From Acidobacteriota bacterium (lineage in GTDB: Bacteria; Acidobacteriota; UBA890; WLXD01): 64,000 nucleotides of DNA. The notes under the pieces are model-generated. The model ran no database searches, was not told where the DNA came from, and was given only the letters and a program-made list of their open reading frames with translations. Of this stretch, positions 12,110-21,862 are shown in pieces. The translations under genes and the position numbers were made by a program. Location of the stretch: the NCBI GenBank assembly GCA_963666055.2, contig CAXWPH010000015.1:1-64000 (forward strand), read 5' to 3'. How positions within the stretch are numbered: the first letter of the stretch is position 1; every line of letters starts with the position of its first letter.

Positions 12110-12153
12110 CTAGTGTCCTGAGTCAGGAATCCGTTGCATATTGCTGGGCCTAG
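12110..12153. mobile_element. Solo IS630-like end (truncated MITE) bounded by CTAG on both sides
   Basis: CTAGTGTCCTGAGTCAGGAATCCGTTGCATATTGCTGGG resembles the left end of the 21862 element; the right CTAG is the mocA stop. Confidence 0.75.
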
Positions 12154-12749
12154 ATCTGGTCCGGTGAGTCAACGTCGAGTGCCACTCCGGAACCCTCGAA
12201 CGCTACCTCGTGCACCCAGGCAAGGTGACGAGCGAGCAGCTCGCGAGCGCCGACATCGCCGCTGATCTCATCAATCTGCCCGAAGTAGTCGGCAGACCAT
12301 AGAACCGGGTTGCCGCGCCTGCGATCGTACACCGGCACACAGATCGGACGCCCTGCGGCAGGATCGAAGGCTCCGATCAGCCCGTCCAGATGTTCCTGTC
12401 GCACCCAGGGCATGTCGGCCAGGCAGATCAACGCACCGTCGACTGGCGGCGTGTGGCCGGTGGTTAGCGCCGCGACACCGGCACGAAGCGTGCTGCTCAT
12501 GCCGTGCGAGTAGTCGGCGTTGTGAACAACCTGCAGAGGGAGTCCCGAGAGCGCCGCCGCCACCAGGGCGCGATCGTGGCCGGTGACCGCGACGACCGGA
12601 TCGGCGAGCGACTGCGTCAAGATGCGCGCCACGTGCCTGACCATCGGCCGGCCGGCAAACTCCGCCAGTAGCTTGTTGCGATCGCCGAAGCGCTTCGATT
12701 CCCCGCCCGCCAGCAGTACCGCGCCGATCCGGTACTCCACACGGCTCAC
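12150..12749 (-). CDS. mocA: Molybdenum cofactor cytidylyltransferase (MocA-like)
   Basis: LAGGESKRFG.NKLL, LADMP, RGNPV, GDVGAR, DVDSP. Confidence 0.85.
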   Translation of the reverse strand: MSRVEYRIGAVLLAGGESKRFGDRNKLLAEFAGRPMVRHVARILTQSLADPVVAVTGHDRALVAAALSGLPLQVVHNADYSHGMSSTLRAGVAALTTGHTPPVDGALICLADMPWVRQEHLDGLIGAFDPAAGRPICVPVYDRRRGNPVLWSADYFGQIDEISGDVGARELLARHLAWVHEVAFEGSGVALDVDSPDQI

Positions 12750-13471
12750 GAGCCACGCTGCTTGCGCAGTCGCTCGATTACCTGGGCCAGGATCGCGGTG
12801 GCTATCTCGGCCGGTGTCCGTGCGCCGATGTCGAGCCCCACCGGGCCATGCACGCGTGCCAGGTCGGCGCCGCTACACCCGGCCTCGGCCAGTCGCTCCA
12901 TGCGCGCGGCGTGATTGCGCTTGCTGCCCAGGGCGCCGATGTAGAACGCCGGACTCCCTACGGCGTGTTGCAGCGCCGGGTCATCGATCTTGGGATCGTG
13001 GCTCAGCGCCACCAGCGCGGTGCGATGATCGAGACGCAGCCCGGGCAATACCTTCTGCGGCCAGTCCCGCACTAACTCGACGCCTGGAAACCGTTCCCGT
13101 GTAGCAAACGCTCGACGAGGATCGACCACCACTACCTCGAAGCCATTGATCGCCGCCATCGCCGCCATTGCCTGAGCGATGTGCGCCGCGCCGACGAGGA
13201 CGACGCGTACCGGCGGGTTGAACACATCAAACAGCAGCTTGCGATCGCCGTGGCCTACGATCCCGGAGCGATCATCACGCGCCGACACCCGGGCACCCTC
13301 TAGCAGCAGGTCGTCAACCGAAACGCCGCTCTCCGGGCCTGGGGCCACGTCGCCGTCAGAAGCGATTGGATACAGCAAGCGCTGGTCGCCCGATTGCAGA
13401 TCGGTGACCAGCACGACGGCGCGCTTTGCGGCGCGGTCAGCGATGATGCGTTCCAGCAGCGCGAGCTTCAA
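12746..13471 (-). CDS. XdhC family protein, C-terminal Rossmann half
   Basis: VGAAHIA, SHDPKIDD, YIGALGS, GPVGLDIGARTPAEIA; TTG start overlaps the upstream TGA. Confidence 0.85.
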   Translation of the reverse strand: MKLALLERIIADRAAKRAVVLVTDLQSGDQRLLYPIASDGDVAPGPESGVSVDDLLLEGARVSARDDRSGIVGHGDRKLLFDVFNPPVRVVLVGAAHIAQAMAAMAAINGFEVVVVDPRRAFATRERFPGVELVRDWPQKVLPGLRLDHRTALVALSHDPKIDDPALQHAVGSPAFYIGALGSKRNHAARMERLAEAGCSGADLARVHGPVGLDIGARTPAEIATAILAQVIERLRKQRGS

Positions 13472-13800
13472 TCGACGCGCTCGACCCAGATGTCGACCTG
13501 GCCGCCGCAGGCTAGGCCGACCGCCCAGGCCTCCTCGTCGGTAACGCCGAATTCCAGCAGTTGCGGGATGCCGGTGTCCATGACCTGGCGCGCTGACGAC
13601 ACCACGGCGCCCTCCACGCAACCGCCGGAGACCGAGCCGACGAAGTGTCCGCCCTCCTCGACGGCCATGTGGCTGCCGGGCTGGCGTGGGGCAGACCCCC
13701 ATGTCCGCACCACGGTGGCCAGCACCACCGTCCTACCCTCACGCAGCCAGTCGGCGGCCTGCTCCAGCACACCGCCGGCGACGCGGTCGACCTCAGTCAC
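13468..13800 (-). CDS. XdhC/CoxI family protein, N-terminal half
   Basis: LATVVRTWGSAPR, GSVSGGCVE, GLACGG. Confidence 0.88.
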   Translation of the reverse strand: MTEVDRVAGGVLEQAADWLREGRTVVLATVVRTWGSAPRQPGSHMAVEEGGHFVGSVSGGCVEGAVVSSARQVMDTGIPQLLEFGVTDEEAWAVGLACGGQVDIWVERVD

Positions 13801-13803
13801 TCG

Positions 13804-15078
13804 TCAGCTCCCCTCGAATCCCCAGAGCGCCAGGCTCGAGAGATCCTTGATCAGAAACCCGTCGCGCGTGGCGACCGGGTGCGCCCACGTTTGGCTGTCG
13901 GCGACCGTGTAGCGTCGCAGCGGCTCGAACTCGTCGGCGTCGGGACGCAGCAGGATCAACTCCGCCGAGTCGGTAAGAACCACGACTAGACCGTCGAGCA
14001 CCAGGAACGAGGCGTTGTCACCCTCGCGACCCTCGCTGGTCCAAATCGTCTCCCCCGTTTCGGCGCTCATGGCAAAAAACTGCCCTTTGCGACGATGGGT
14101 CATGCCGAAGAGCCGATCTCCGACCGACACCGTAGTGCTCATGTACAGCGATGTAGACGGGTTGCTCCACAGCTCTTGCGGTGTCCACACTTCAGCATCT
14201 CGAGTCAGCCGAATTGCGAACAGGGGCTGGTTCAGGCCGGAGAGAATGAGCTTGTCGCCGTGCAGCGCCGGCGTCACCACGTTCTGGTCAAACTCGGTGC
14301 GGAAGGGCATGCGCCACAGCAGGCGGCCGGAATCGACCGCGACGCTGATGATGTGCGCATCGGTCTGGGTGACGATCTGCCGCTGTCCTTCGAGCTCGAC
14401 GACGATCGGCGAGACATAGCTCGGGCCATCCCCCTCCAGCGACCAGATGATCTCGCCAGTCGCCGGGTCGAGAGCCATGAGCGCCCCGTCGTCGGGTCCG
14501 CCGACCTGGACGATCAGCCTGCCACCATCGAGGATCGGCGACATGCCGGCGCCGTACAGCGGAAACTTGGCGGCGAACTGCCCCCCGAAGTCCCCTTGCC
14601 ACAGGCGCTCGCCCGACGCGAGGTCGTAGCACGACACCGCGCCACCCTTGCCGAGTGTGAACAACCTGCCGTCGGCGACCACCGGCGTCGATACCGGCCC
14701 CTTGCCGAACGCTCTGCCGGCAGGGTGCATGCGGTACGGCGCCGAGTACGTGTCCTCCCAGATCACCTGTCCGTCCGACAGTTGCAGTGCCCGCACCACT
14801 TCGGCATCCGCTTCCACGTCTCGGGTGTGCAGGTAGATCCGGTCATCGACGACGACCGGTGTCGAATGCCCGGTCCCGACTTCGACCTTCCAGCGCCGGT
14901 GCAGCTCCTCCGGCCACGTCTCCGGCGCAACGAAATCGTGCACTACCCCGTCGCGGTCGCGCCCCCTCCATTGACTCCATTCCTGCGCCATCGCGGCCGT
15001 GGGCAGGGCGATCAGGAGGCCGGCGGCCAGCCAAGCGCAACGCCGACGACTTCCTGAGGCTCGCATGCTGCTCGCCAT
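13804..15078 (-). CDS. Secreted PQQ-like (BamB-like) beta-propeller protein
   Basis: Signal peptide, WSQWRG.DRDG, repeated D..TGE..W blades. Start codon uncertain. Confidence 0.82.
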   Translation of the reverse strand: MASSMRASGSRRRCAWLAAGLLIALPTAAMAQEWSQWRGRDRDGVVHDFVAPETWPEELHRRWKVEVGTGHSTPVVVDDRIYLHTRDVEADAEVVRALQLSDGQVIWEDTYSAPYRMHPAGRAFGKGPVSTPVVADGRLFTLGKGGAVSCYDLASGERLWQGDFGGQFAAKFPLYGAGMSPILDGGRLIVQVGGPDDGALMALDPATGEIIWSLEGDGPSYVSPIVVELEGQRQIVTQTDAHIISVAVDSGRLLWRMPFRTEFDQNVVTPALHGDKLILSGLNQPLFAIRLTRDAEVWTPQELWSNPSTSLYMSTTVSVGDRLFGMTHRRKGQFFAMSAETGETIWTSEGREGDNASFLVLDGLVVVLTDSAELILLRPDADEFEPLRRYTVADSQTWAHPVATRDGFLIKDLSSLALWGFEGS

Positions 15079-15088
15079 CAATCCGACC

Positions 15089-16129
15089 TCACCGGTTGTC
15101 TTCGACATCCATCACGTAGATCTCGCGATTGCCGTCCCGGCTGGCGACAAACGCGATCCGGTCGCCACTCGGCGACCAGGCGGGGCTGTCGTCCCTGGCC
15201 GGATCGTTGCTCAGGTTGACGGGATCGCCGCCATCCGCGTTCATGAGATAGATCTCGCGGTTGCCGTCCCGATCGGATACGAAGACGATCCGGGTGCCGT
15301 CGGGCGACCACGCCGGGCTCTCGTTCATCGAGTCGTCGTTGCTGAGGTTGCGCGGATCGCTGCCGTCCTCGCCGATGACCCAGATGTCGCTGAGACCGAG
15401 GCCGTGACTAGACACGAAGGCGATCCTGGAGCCGTCCGGTGACCAGGCCGGAAAGTCGTCGTCCGCGGGGCTGTTCGTGAGGTTCACTTGCTCGGCACCG
15501 TCGTCGTCCATGACGTAGATCTCGCCGTTGTCATCACGATGGCTCGCAAAGGCAATGTGGAATCCGTCGGGCGACCATGCAGGGTTCCGGTTCCCGAGGC
15601 CGTTCTGCGTCAGGTTCAGGTACTTGCCGTACCAGGCGACGTATTCGGTACCCTCGGCATCCATGATGGAGATGTCGCCGTTCCCGAGCCGTCCGGAGCT
15701 GGTGTAGAAGGTGATCCACTTGCCGTCGGGAGACCACCGCGGGTCGCCGTTGATGTATCCGTTGCTCGACAGGACGTCTGCATCGCTGCCGTCGGCGTTC
15801 ATGATGAAGTTCCAGGCCGACGTGCGGCCGTGCCGGTCGGACTCGAAGGCGATCCTCGAACCGTCGGTGGACCACACCGGATCCCACTCGTCGTACTCGT
15901 GGTTGGCGGTGAGGTTGACCTGGTCGGAGCCGTCCGCCTTCATCACGTAGATCTCGCGATCACCATCGCGATTGGTCACGAACGCGATCCTGCTGCCATC
16001 GGGTGACCAGGCGAGGCTGCCATCAAAGGCCGGGTTGTCGGTGAGGTTGGTCTGGCCCGCGCTAGCGCTGGCGACCGTTATCGCCGCTAGCGCGGCGCCG
16101 GTGATGCTCCTGGTGATCCAGCTCCTCAA
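15089..16129 (-). CDS. TolB-like PD40 beta-propeller protein
   Basis: About six PAWSPDG..IAF.S.RDG..EIYVM repeats; signal peptide. Start codon uncertain. Confidence 0.88.
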   Translation of the reverse strand: MRSWITRSITGAALAAITVASASAGQTNLTDNPAFDGSLAWSPDGSRIAFVTNRDGDREIYVMKADGSDQVNLTANHEYDEWDPVWSTDGSRIAFESDRHGRTSAWNFIMNADGSDADVLSSNGYINGDPRWSPDGKWITFYTSSGRLGNGDISIMDAEGTEYVAWYGKYLNLTQNGLGNRNPAWSPDGFHIAFASHRDDNGEIYVMDDDGAEQVNLTNSPADDDFPAWSPDGSRIAFVSSHGLGLSDIWVIGEDGSDPRNLSNDDSMNESPAWSPDGTRIVFVSDRDGNREIYLMNADGGDPVNLSNDPARDDSPAWSPSGDRIAFVASRDGNREIYVMDVEDNR

Positions 16130-16261
16130 CCCCTCAACCTCTCGATCAGGACAACCCAAACGGCGGGGAAACCTGCGAATCGAGGCAGCTTAGCCTCAGG
16201 GGCCCGTCTGGCGGAAGGGGGATCGCCGAGCATCGAGAGCCAGCGCGGCTTCTGCCGTCGC

Positions 16262-16292
16262 CTAGCAGGCCGTGGTGAAAGTGTGGTGGGTC
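16262..16292 (+). repeat. Family A dispersed element, copy 1
   Basis: CTAGCAGGCCGTGGTGAAAGTGTGGTGGGTC. Confidence 0.85.
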
Positions 16293-16379
16293 TTCCACGG
16301 GCGTGCTGAAAACCACAAGCGGTATCCGGCCGCCAAGCGGATTCACTCGCCAGCGAGCGCGTCCGATAGTCTGGCCGTC

Positions 16380-16720
16380 ATGTGCCGATCTCGGGTCAAT
16401 CTGCTGCCGCTCATGTGCCTGCTCTGGGTCGCCGGATGCACGTCGGAGCCACAGCCGCCCCCCCAGCCTGTCGCCTTCAGCCACAAGGCGCACGTGGACA
16501 ACGAGATCGCCTGCACGAGCTGCCATCCGGGTGCCGAGACCCAGGCTCAGGCCGGCCTCACGCCGCTCGCCGGCTGCGCCACGTGCCACCGGCGGGCCAT
16601 CATTCCCGATCACCCGGAGGTGATGAAGGTGATCGAGCGTTTCCGTAACCGCGAGCCGCTGGCCTGGAACCGAGTCAACGTGATCCCCGACGCTGCGATG
16701 GTGCACTTCAAGCACAAGCC
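16380..16720 (+). pseudogene. 5' part of an ActA/QrcA-like multiheme cytochrome c, truncated
   Basis: Lipobox-like VAGC, QPVAFSHKAH, CTSCH, CATCH, W.RV, VHFKHKP; recognisable homology then stops. Confidence 0.75.
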
Positions 16721-16935
16721 CGCGCCTGGAGTTCACCGTGGGCTACTACCAGCCGACCTGGGTGGAATGGGGAATCCTCGCCGGATCGTTCGGCCTCTTC
16801 GGGTTCCTCTACTTCATGTTCCTGCACCTCGCCCCGATCGTGTCGATCTGGGAGGTGCGCGAGGGCGAGCATCTTGCTGAAGCGGGGCTCGGCGGCAGCC
16901 AGCCGTCGCTTCGGCCCGTCGGCGGGGAGTCGTAG
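16720..16935 (+). pseudogene. 3' end of an ActC/NrfD-like membrane subunit
   Basis: YQPTWVEWGILAGSFGLFGFLYFMFLHLAPIVSIWEVRE is a typical ActC C-terminus, read in a different frame from the cytochrome. Confidence 0.72.
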
Positions 16936-16936
16936 G

Positions 16937-17458
16937 ATGGCCACCGAGGTGACCGTGACCCACGCTGTGTTCGCCAGCGGCCCACAGGTACGCACGGCGC
17001 TGGACCTCCTCGTCCAGAGCGGCGGCGAGCCCGAGGACATCGAGGTTCGTAGCTCCATCCCGCTCGACGCGCACAGCGTCGAGCCCGCGGGCCAGCGGCT
17101 ACGCTCTCGCGTGCCGCTCATGGCCGTGCTCGGCGGAGCACTTGGCGGCGTGGCGGCCTATTTGCTGGTGGCGCTGACGGCTCGTGCCTATCCGCTTGTT
17201 ACCGGTGGCATGCCGATCGTCCCCCTGATGTCGACCGCGATCATCGTGTTCGAGGGCACCGCGATGGGATGCATCCTGCTAACTGTGGCGACGGTGTTCT
17301 TGGAATGCGGGCTGCCACGCGTGGCCTGGCGGCCAGGGCCCTTCGACGCCGAGATTGCTGCCGGGAAGATCGTCGTCGCGGTACAGGGACCCGCGGCCGA
17401 CCAATGGACAGCCGGTGCCCTGACTACCGCGACCATTGGCGAGACTACCGACCCGTAG
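16937..17458 (+). CDS. ActD-like (DUF3341) membrane protein
   Basis: Two hydrophobic segments, YPLVTGGMP and IIVFE motifs; directly follows the ActC-like end. Confidence 0.7.
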   Translation: MATEVTVTHAVFASGPQVRTALDLLVQSGGEPEDIEVRSSIPLDAHSVEPAGQRLRSRVPLMAVLGGALGGVAAYLLVALTARAYPLVTGGMPIVPLMSTAIIVFEGTAMGCILLTVATVFLECGLPRVAWRPGPFDAEIAAGKIVVAVQGPAADQWTAGALTTATIGETTDP

Positions 17459-17478
17459 CAGATAATCGTTCCAGGCCA

Positions 17479-19479
17479 CTAGCCTCCGGCCGGCATGCCG
17501 ATCGCCGGCATCGCCCGCCGCTGCAGAACCTCTTGCACGGCACGATGCGCCTCCAGGATGGCGGCGTCCGTATGCGGGCTGGCGGCGGCGTCCGAGTTGG
17601 CGATGGTGATCGAGCCGAACGGCTGGCGCGCGATCACGCACGGGCGCTCGTCGGTGCTCGTAAACGCCCACTCCATGGGGTCGTAGAGGGTGTTGTAGGT
17701 GTATGCGTAGCCGTGCGGCCAGCGGTTGACGGCGATGGCGACGATGTCCTCGGCCGGATCGAAGCCGCCACCACCCAGCACCCGCCCGAGCTGGTCGCGG
17801 ATCTTCTCCTCCCAGGTCTCGAACGGGGTCGCCAGGAGCTCCTCGCGGCCCATCACGTGCTGCCGCTTGCGCCGTTCACCCGGGTAGTTGAGGTGGCGGC
17901 TGAGCGACAGCACGATGGGCTCCTCGGGCGACTCCGCATGTCGCAGGTCGCCCAAGCTCACCGCCTCGTCCAGACCGACGCGGTCGTGATACATCGTCGG
18001 CGTGGCGATACTTCTCACGCCCAGTTTCTCGAACGCGGTCCAGTTCCGGACGGCGACGCTGGTGTACACCAGCGGCCCCTTCAGGGCGAAGCCGAGCGCC
18101 TCCTTCTGCTTCTCGGGCATGTCGGGAACGAGGTACGGAATCACTCGATTCCAGCACGCCATCACACAGTGGCGCCCGCGCACGTGGTAGGTCCTGCCTT
18201 CGTGCACATAGCTGACCTCGACGCCATCGTTGCCCGAGGAACCGGTATGCCTGGCGCGCACCACCGTGCTGTTGAGCCGGACGCGCGCCGTCTCGCCCTC
18301 ACGGTCCAGCAGGTCGTAGGCCACCCGTGCAGTACCGACGTCCTCCTGGGTCTTGCCCGGAACGGCGTCGGGGATCAGCCAGCGGACCAACAGCCGCGTG
18401 ATCGTAGCGTTGCCGTCCGGGAAGTGGACGGCGCCCTCTTCACTCTCGCGCTGGCGTCCGTGAATCCCTCCAGGCAGGTCGGCCAGCACACCGTCGGGCA
18501 TCGGTTCGAGGTCCAGGCCGTCAAACCCCGGTTGCCCCATGACCCAGGCGTACAGTGCCGGCAGCGCGTCGGCGCCGACGGCGAACACGCCGTTGCCGCT
18601 GCCGGCGAAGAACCACATGACCTCGGGATCGACCTTTACCACCTCGAGCATGTAGTCGGTGTAGGAGATCTTCGCCAACCGCTCCTTCTTCTCGGTTGAC
18701 GACAGGCCCGGGAAGTGGTCCGGCTGGTCTGCCGAGTAGAGCGCCAGGTAGTCGCGCTGGGCCTTGGGCGACAGCGGCGTCTTGGCCAGGAAGTCGGCGT
18801 CGAGCCCACCGTAGGGACCCCCGGAGCGCTTGACCAGCCGATCCTCGCCCCAGGTCTCGGCATCGAAGAAGTAGGCAGAGCCGAGCCCCATGCGACGGTA
18901 CATCTGGCGACTGTCGGCGTTGTCAGCCCGGAAGCGCTCCACATCGATGCCGATGTCGGCCAGCAGCCGCCGGGCGGGCTGGTTGTAGCGCCCGTACGAC
19001 TCGATGTTGAGGGTCCCACCGTTGAGCGCCATCATGCGCCCGTTGTAGTGGAACTCGTTGCGCTTGGCGTGGCCGCCAAAGTCGTCGTGGTTGTCGAGAA
19101 TCAGCACGCGCGCCTGGCGTCCGACGTTCTTGACGAACATCTGCGCCGCGGCCAGGCCGCTGATACCACCACCCACCACCACCAGGTCGTAGCGCTCGCC
19201 GCTGTCCACCGCGTCGGAGAAGTCCCAGCCGCGCTGATCGCGCATCTGGTGACCGACTTCGAACGAGCCGGCATGGCTGCCACGCAACCCGTGTCGCAGT
19301 GGCGGATAGTCGGCGGGATCCTGTGGTACCACCGGCGCCGCGGACCGGACAGCTGGTGCGGCCTTGCGTCGGCCCAGGTTCGGGAGGGCGAGCGCCCCGC
19401 CAATCGGAACCGCCACGCCGTTGACGAAGTCGCGCCGAGTGATCTGACGGTCCATACCCAGGTCACGTCTACGTCCCAC
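17479..19479 (-). CDS. Spermidine dehydrogenase-like flavoprotein, copy 1
   Basis: ITRRDF Tat motif, GLRGSH.GSFE, GGGISG, DNHDDFGGHAKRNEF, FPDGN, NRWPHGYA; GTG start with GGAGG. Confidence 0.85.
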   Translation of the reverse strand: MGRRRDLGMDRQITRRDFVNGVAVPIGGALALPNLGRRKAAPAVRSAAPVVPQDPADYPPLRHGLRGSHAGSFEVGHQMRDQRGWDFSDAVDSGERYDLVVVGGGISGLAAAQMFVKNVGRQARVLILDNHDDFGGHAKRNEFHYNGRMMALNGGTLNIESYGRYNQPARRLLADIGIDVERFRADNADSRQMYRRMGLGSAYFFDAETWGEDRLVKRSGGPYGGLDADFLAKTPLSPKAQRDYLALYSADQPDHFPGLSSTEKKERLAKISYTDYMLEVVKVDPEVMWFFAGSGNGVFAVGADALPALYAWVMGQPGFDGLDLEPMPDGVLADLPGGIHGRQRESEEGAVHFPDGNATITRLLVRWLIPDAVPGKTQEDVGTARVAYDLLDREGETARVRLNSTVVRARHTGSSGNDGVEVSYVHEGRTYHVRGRHCVMACWNRVIPYLVPDMPEKQKEALGFALKGPLVYTSVAVRNWTAFEKLGVRSIATPTMYHDRVGLDEAVSLGDLRHAESPEEPIVLSLSRHLNYPGERRKRQHVMGREELLATPFETWEEKIRDQLGRVLGGGGFDPAEDIVAIAVNRWPHGYAYTYNTLYDPMEWAFTSTDERPCVIARQPFGSITIANSDAAASPHTDAAILEAHRAVQEVLQRRAMPAIGMPAGG

Positions 19480-19672
19480 GCAGCACCTCCTGCTAATTGG
19501 TTTCAATCGGTCTCAAAACCCGACCGAGAGCATTGCCTCTGATCGCACAACCTACCATCACTCGGATACGCCCTTGGCGACGTAGCCCGTCGGGCAGATG
19601 GGAGTTACAAGCCAATGCCTGAGTCACTCGCAACTTCCACCGTCAGACTCGCTACGCTTTCGCTGCGGCCCG

Positions 19673-21664
19673 CTAGCCGCCGGCCTGCCTGCCGATCGCC
19701 GGCATGGCCCGGCGCTGCAACACCTCCTGCACGGCGCGGTGTGCCTCCAGCATGGCTGCGTCCGTGTGGGGGCTGGCGGCGGCGTCCGAGTTGGCGATCG
19801 TGATTGAGCCGAACGGCTGCCGCGCGATCACACAGGGACGCTGGTCGCTCGCGGTGAACGCCCATTCCATGGGGTCGTAGAGGGTGTTGTAGGTGTAGGC
19901 GTAGCCATGCGGCCAGCGGTTGACCGCGATGGCGATGATGTCGCGCGCCGGATCGAAGCCGCCACCCCCGAGTAGCCGCCCGAGCTGATCACGGATCTTC
20001 TCCTCCCAGGTTTCGAACGGCGTCGCCAGGAGCTCCTCACGACCTATCTTGTGCTGCTCCTTGCGCGGTCTCCCCGGGTAGTTCAGGTAGCGGTAGAGCG
20101 AGAGCACGATGGGCTCCTGCGATGACTCGGCGTGTCGGAGGTCGCCGAGGCTCACCGCTTCATCGAGACCGACTCCGGAGTGATACATGGTCGGTGAGCT
20201 GATGTAGCTGACTCCGAGCTTCTCGAAAGCGGTCCAGTCGCGGATCGCGACGCTGGTATAGACGAGCGGGCCTTTCACCCCGAATGCCAGCGCTTCCTTC
20301 TGCTTCGCCGGCAGCTCAGGTACGAGATAAGGAATTACACGGTTCCAGCACGCCATCACGCAGTGGCGCCCACGAACGTGGTACGTGCGACCGCCGTGGA
20401 CATAGCTGACCTCGACCCCGTCGTTGCCTGAGGAGCTGGTGTGCCGTGCATGCACAACCGTGCTGTTGAGACGGATGCGCGCCGTTTGGCCCTCACGGTC
20501 CAGCAGGCCGTAACCAACACGGGCGGTGCCAACGTCCTCCTGGGTATTCCCCGGGACCGCGTCAGGGATGAGCCAGCGGACCAGCAGCCGGGTGACCGTA
20601 GCGTTGCCGTCCGGGAAGTGGACAGATCCCCGACCGGGCCGCTGGCGACCATGGTGGCCACCAGGCAGGTCGGCGAGCACACCGTCGGGCATGGGCTCCA
20701 GGCCCATGCCGTCGAACCCCGGCTGCCCCATGCCCCAGGCATACAACGCCGGCAACGCATCGGCGCCGACCGCGAAGCTGCCGTTGCCCGTGCCCTTGAA
20801 GAACCACATGACCTCCGGATCGACCTTCACCAGGTCGAGCATGAAATCGGTGTAGCTCATCTTCGCCAGTCGCTCTTTCTTCTCGGCCGACGACAGGCCG
20901 GGAAAGTAGTCGGGCTGACGGTCGGAATAGAGCGCCAGATAGTCGCGCTGTGCCTTGGCTGACAGCGGTGTCTTGGCGAGGAATTCAGCATCGCCGCGGC
21001 GTCCACCGGCGCGCTTGACCAGCCGATCCTCTCCCCAGGTCTCGCCATCGAAGAAATACGCCGACCCGAGACCCATGCGACGGTACATCTGCCGGCTGTC
21101 GGAGTTGTCGGCCCGGAAGCGATCGAGATCAACGCCGATTTCCGCGAGCAACTGCTGGGAAGGCTGGTTGTAGCGTCCCGGAGATTCGATGTTGAGCGTG
21201 CCGCCGTTGAGAGCCAGCATGCGACCGTTGTAGTGGAACTCGTTGCGCTTGGCGTGGCCACCAAAGTCGTCGTGATTGTCGAGGATCAGCACACGAGCGT
21301 CGCGACCGACGTTCTTAATGAAGTAGTGCGCCGCCGCCAGGCCGCTGATACCACCACCGACCACCACCAGGTCGTAACGCTCGCCCGTGTCGACGGCGTC
21401 GGAGAAGTCCCAACCGCGCTGATCGCGCATCTGATGCGCAACCTCGAACGAGCCGTCGTGGCTGCCGCGCAACCCGTGTCGCACTGGCGGGTAGTCGGCC
21501 GGATCCTGCGGTACCGCCGGCGCCGCGTGCCGCGCAGCTGGCGTGGCCTTGCCCCGACCCAGGCTCGGAAAAGCGAGCGCCCCGCCCACCGGCACCGCCA
21601 TGCCGTTGACGAAGTCACGCCGAGTGATCGGTCGGCCCATACCCAGGTCACGTCTACGTCCCAC
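19673..21664 (-). CDS. Spermidine dehydrogenase-like flavoprotein, copy 2
   Basis: Same motifs as copy 1. Confidence 0.85.
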   Translation of the reverse strand: MGRRRDLGMGRPITRRDFVNGMAVPVGGALAFPSLGRGKATPAARHAAPAVPQDPADYPPVRHGLRGSHDGSFEVAHQMRDQRGWDFSDAVDTGERYDLVVVGGGISGLAAAHYFIKNVGRDARVLILDNHDDFGGHAKRNEFHYNGRMLALNGGTLNIESPGRYNQPSQQLLAEIGVDLDRFRADNSDSRQMYRRMGLGSAYFFDGETWGEDRLVKRAGGRRGDAEFLAKTPLSAKAQRDYLALYSDRQPDYFPGLSSAEKKERLAKMSYTDFMLDLVKVDPEVMWFFKGTGNGSFAVGADALPALYAWGMGQPGFDGMGLEPMPDGVLADLPGGHHGRQRPGRGSVHFPDGNATVTRLLVRWLIPDAVPGNTQEDVGTARVGYGLLDREGQTARIRLNSTVVHARHTSSSGNDGVEVSYVHGGRTYHVRGRHCVMACWNRVIPYLVPELPAKQKEALAFGVKGPLVYTSVAIRDWTAFEKLGVSYISSPTMYHSGVGLDEAVSLGDLRHAESSQEPIVLSLYRYLNYPGRPRKEQHKIGREELLATPFETWEEKIRDQLGRLLGGGGFDPARDIIAIAVNRWPHGYAYTYNTLYDPMEWAFTASDQRPCVIARQPFGSITIANSDAAASPHTDAAMLEAHRAVQEVLQRRAMPAIGRQAGG

Positions 21665-21831
21665 CCAGCACCTCCTGCCAATTGGTTACAGCCGGTCTCG
21701 AACTCAAGACCCGACCGAGAGCATGCCTCTGATCGCACAACCTAGCATCGGATACGCCTTGGCGACGTATCCCTTTGAGCAGCTGGGAGTTACGCGCGAA
21801 TGACTAGGCCGCTCGCAAATCCCACACGCCC

Positions 21832-21862
21832 GACCCACCACACTTTCACCGCGACCTGCGAG
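21832..21862 (-). repeat. Family A dispersed element, degenerate copy abutting MITE-1
   Basis: Reverse complement CTCGCAGGTCGCGGTGAAAGTGTGGTGGGTC. Confidence 0.7.

Noticed and set aside
12746-13800. Split xdhC as a frameshifted pseudogene
   Set aside because: The halves overlap by a clean TTGA start/stop, and two-gene XdhC arrangements are common.
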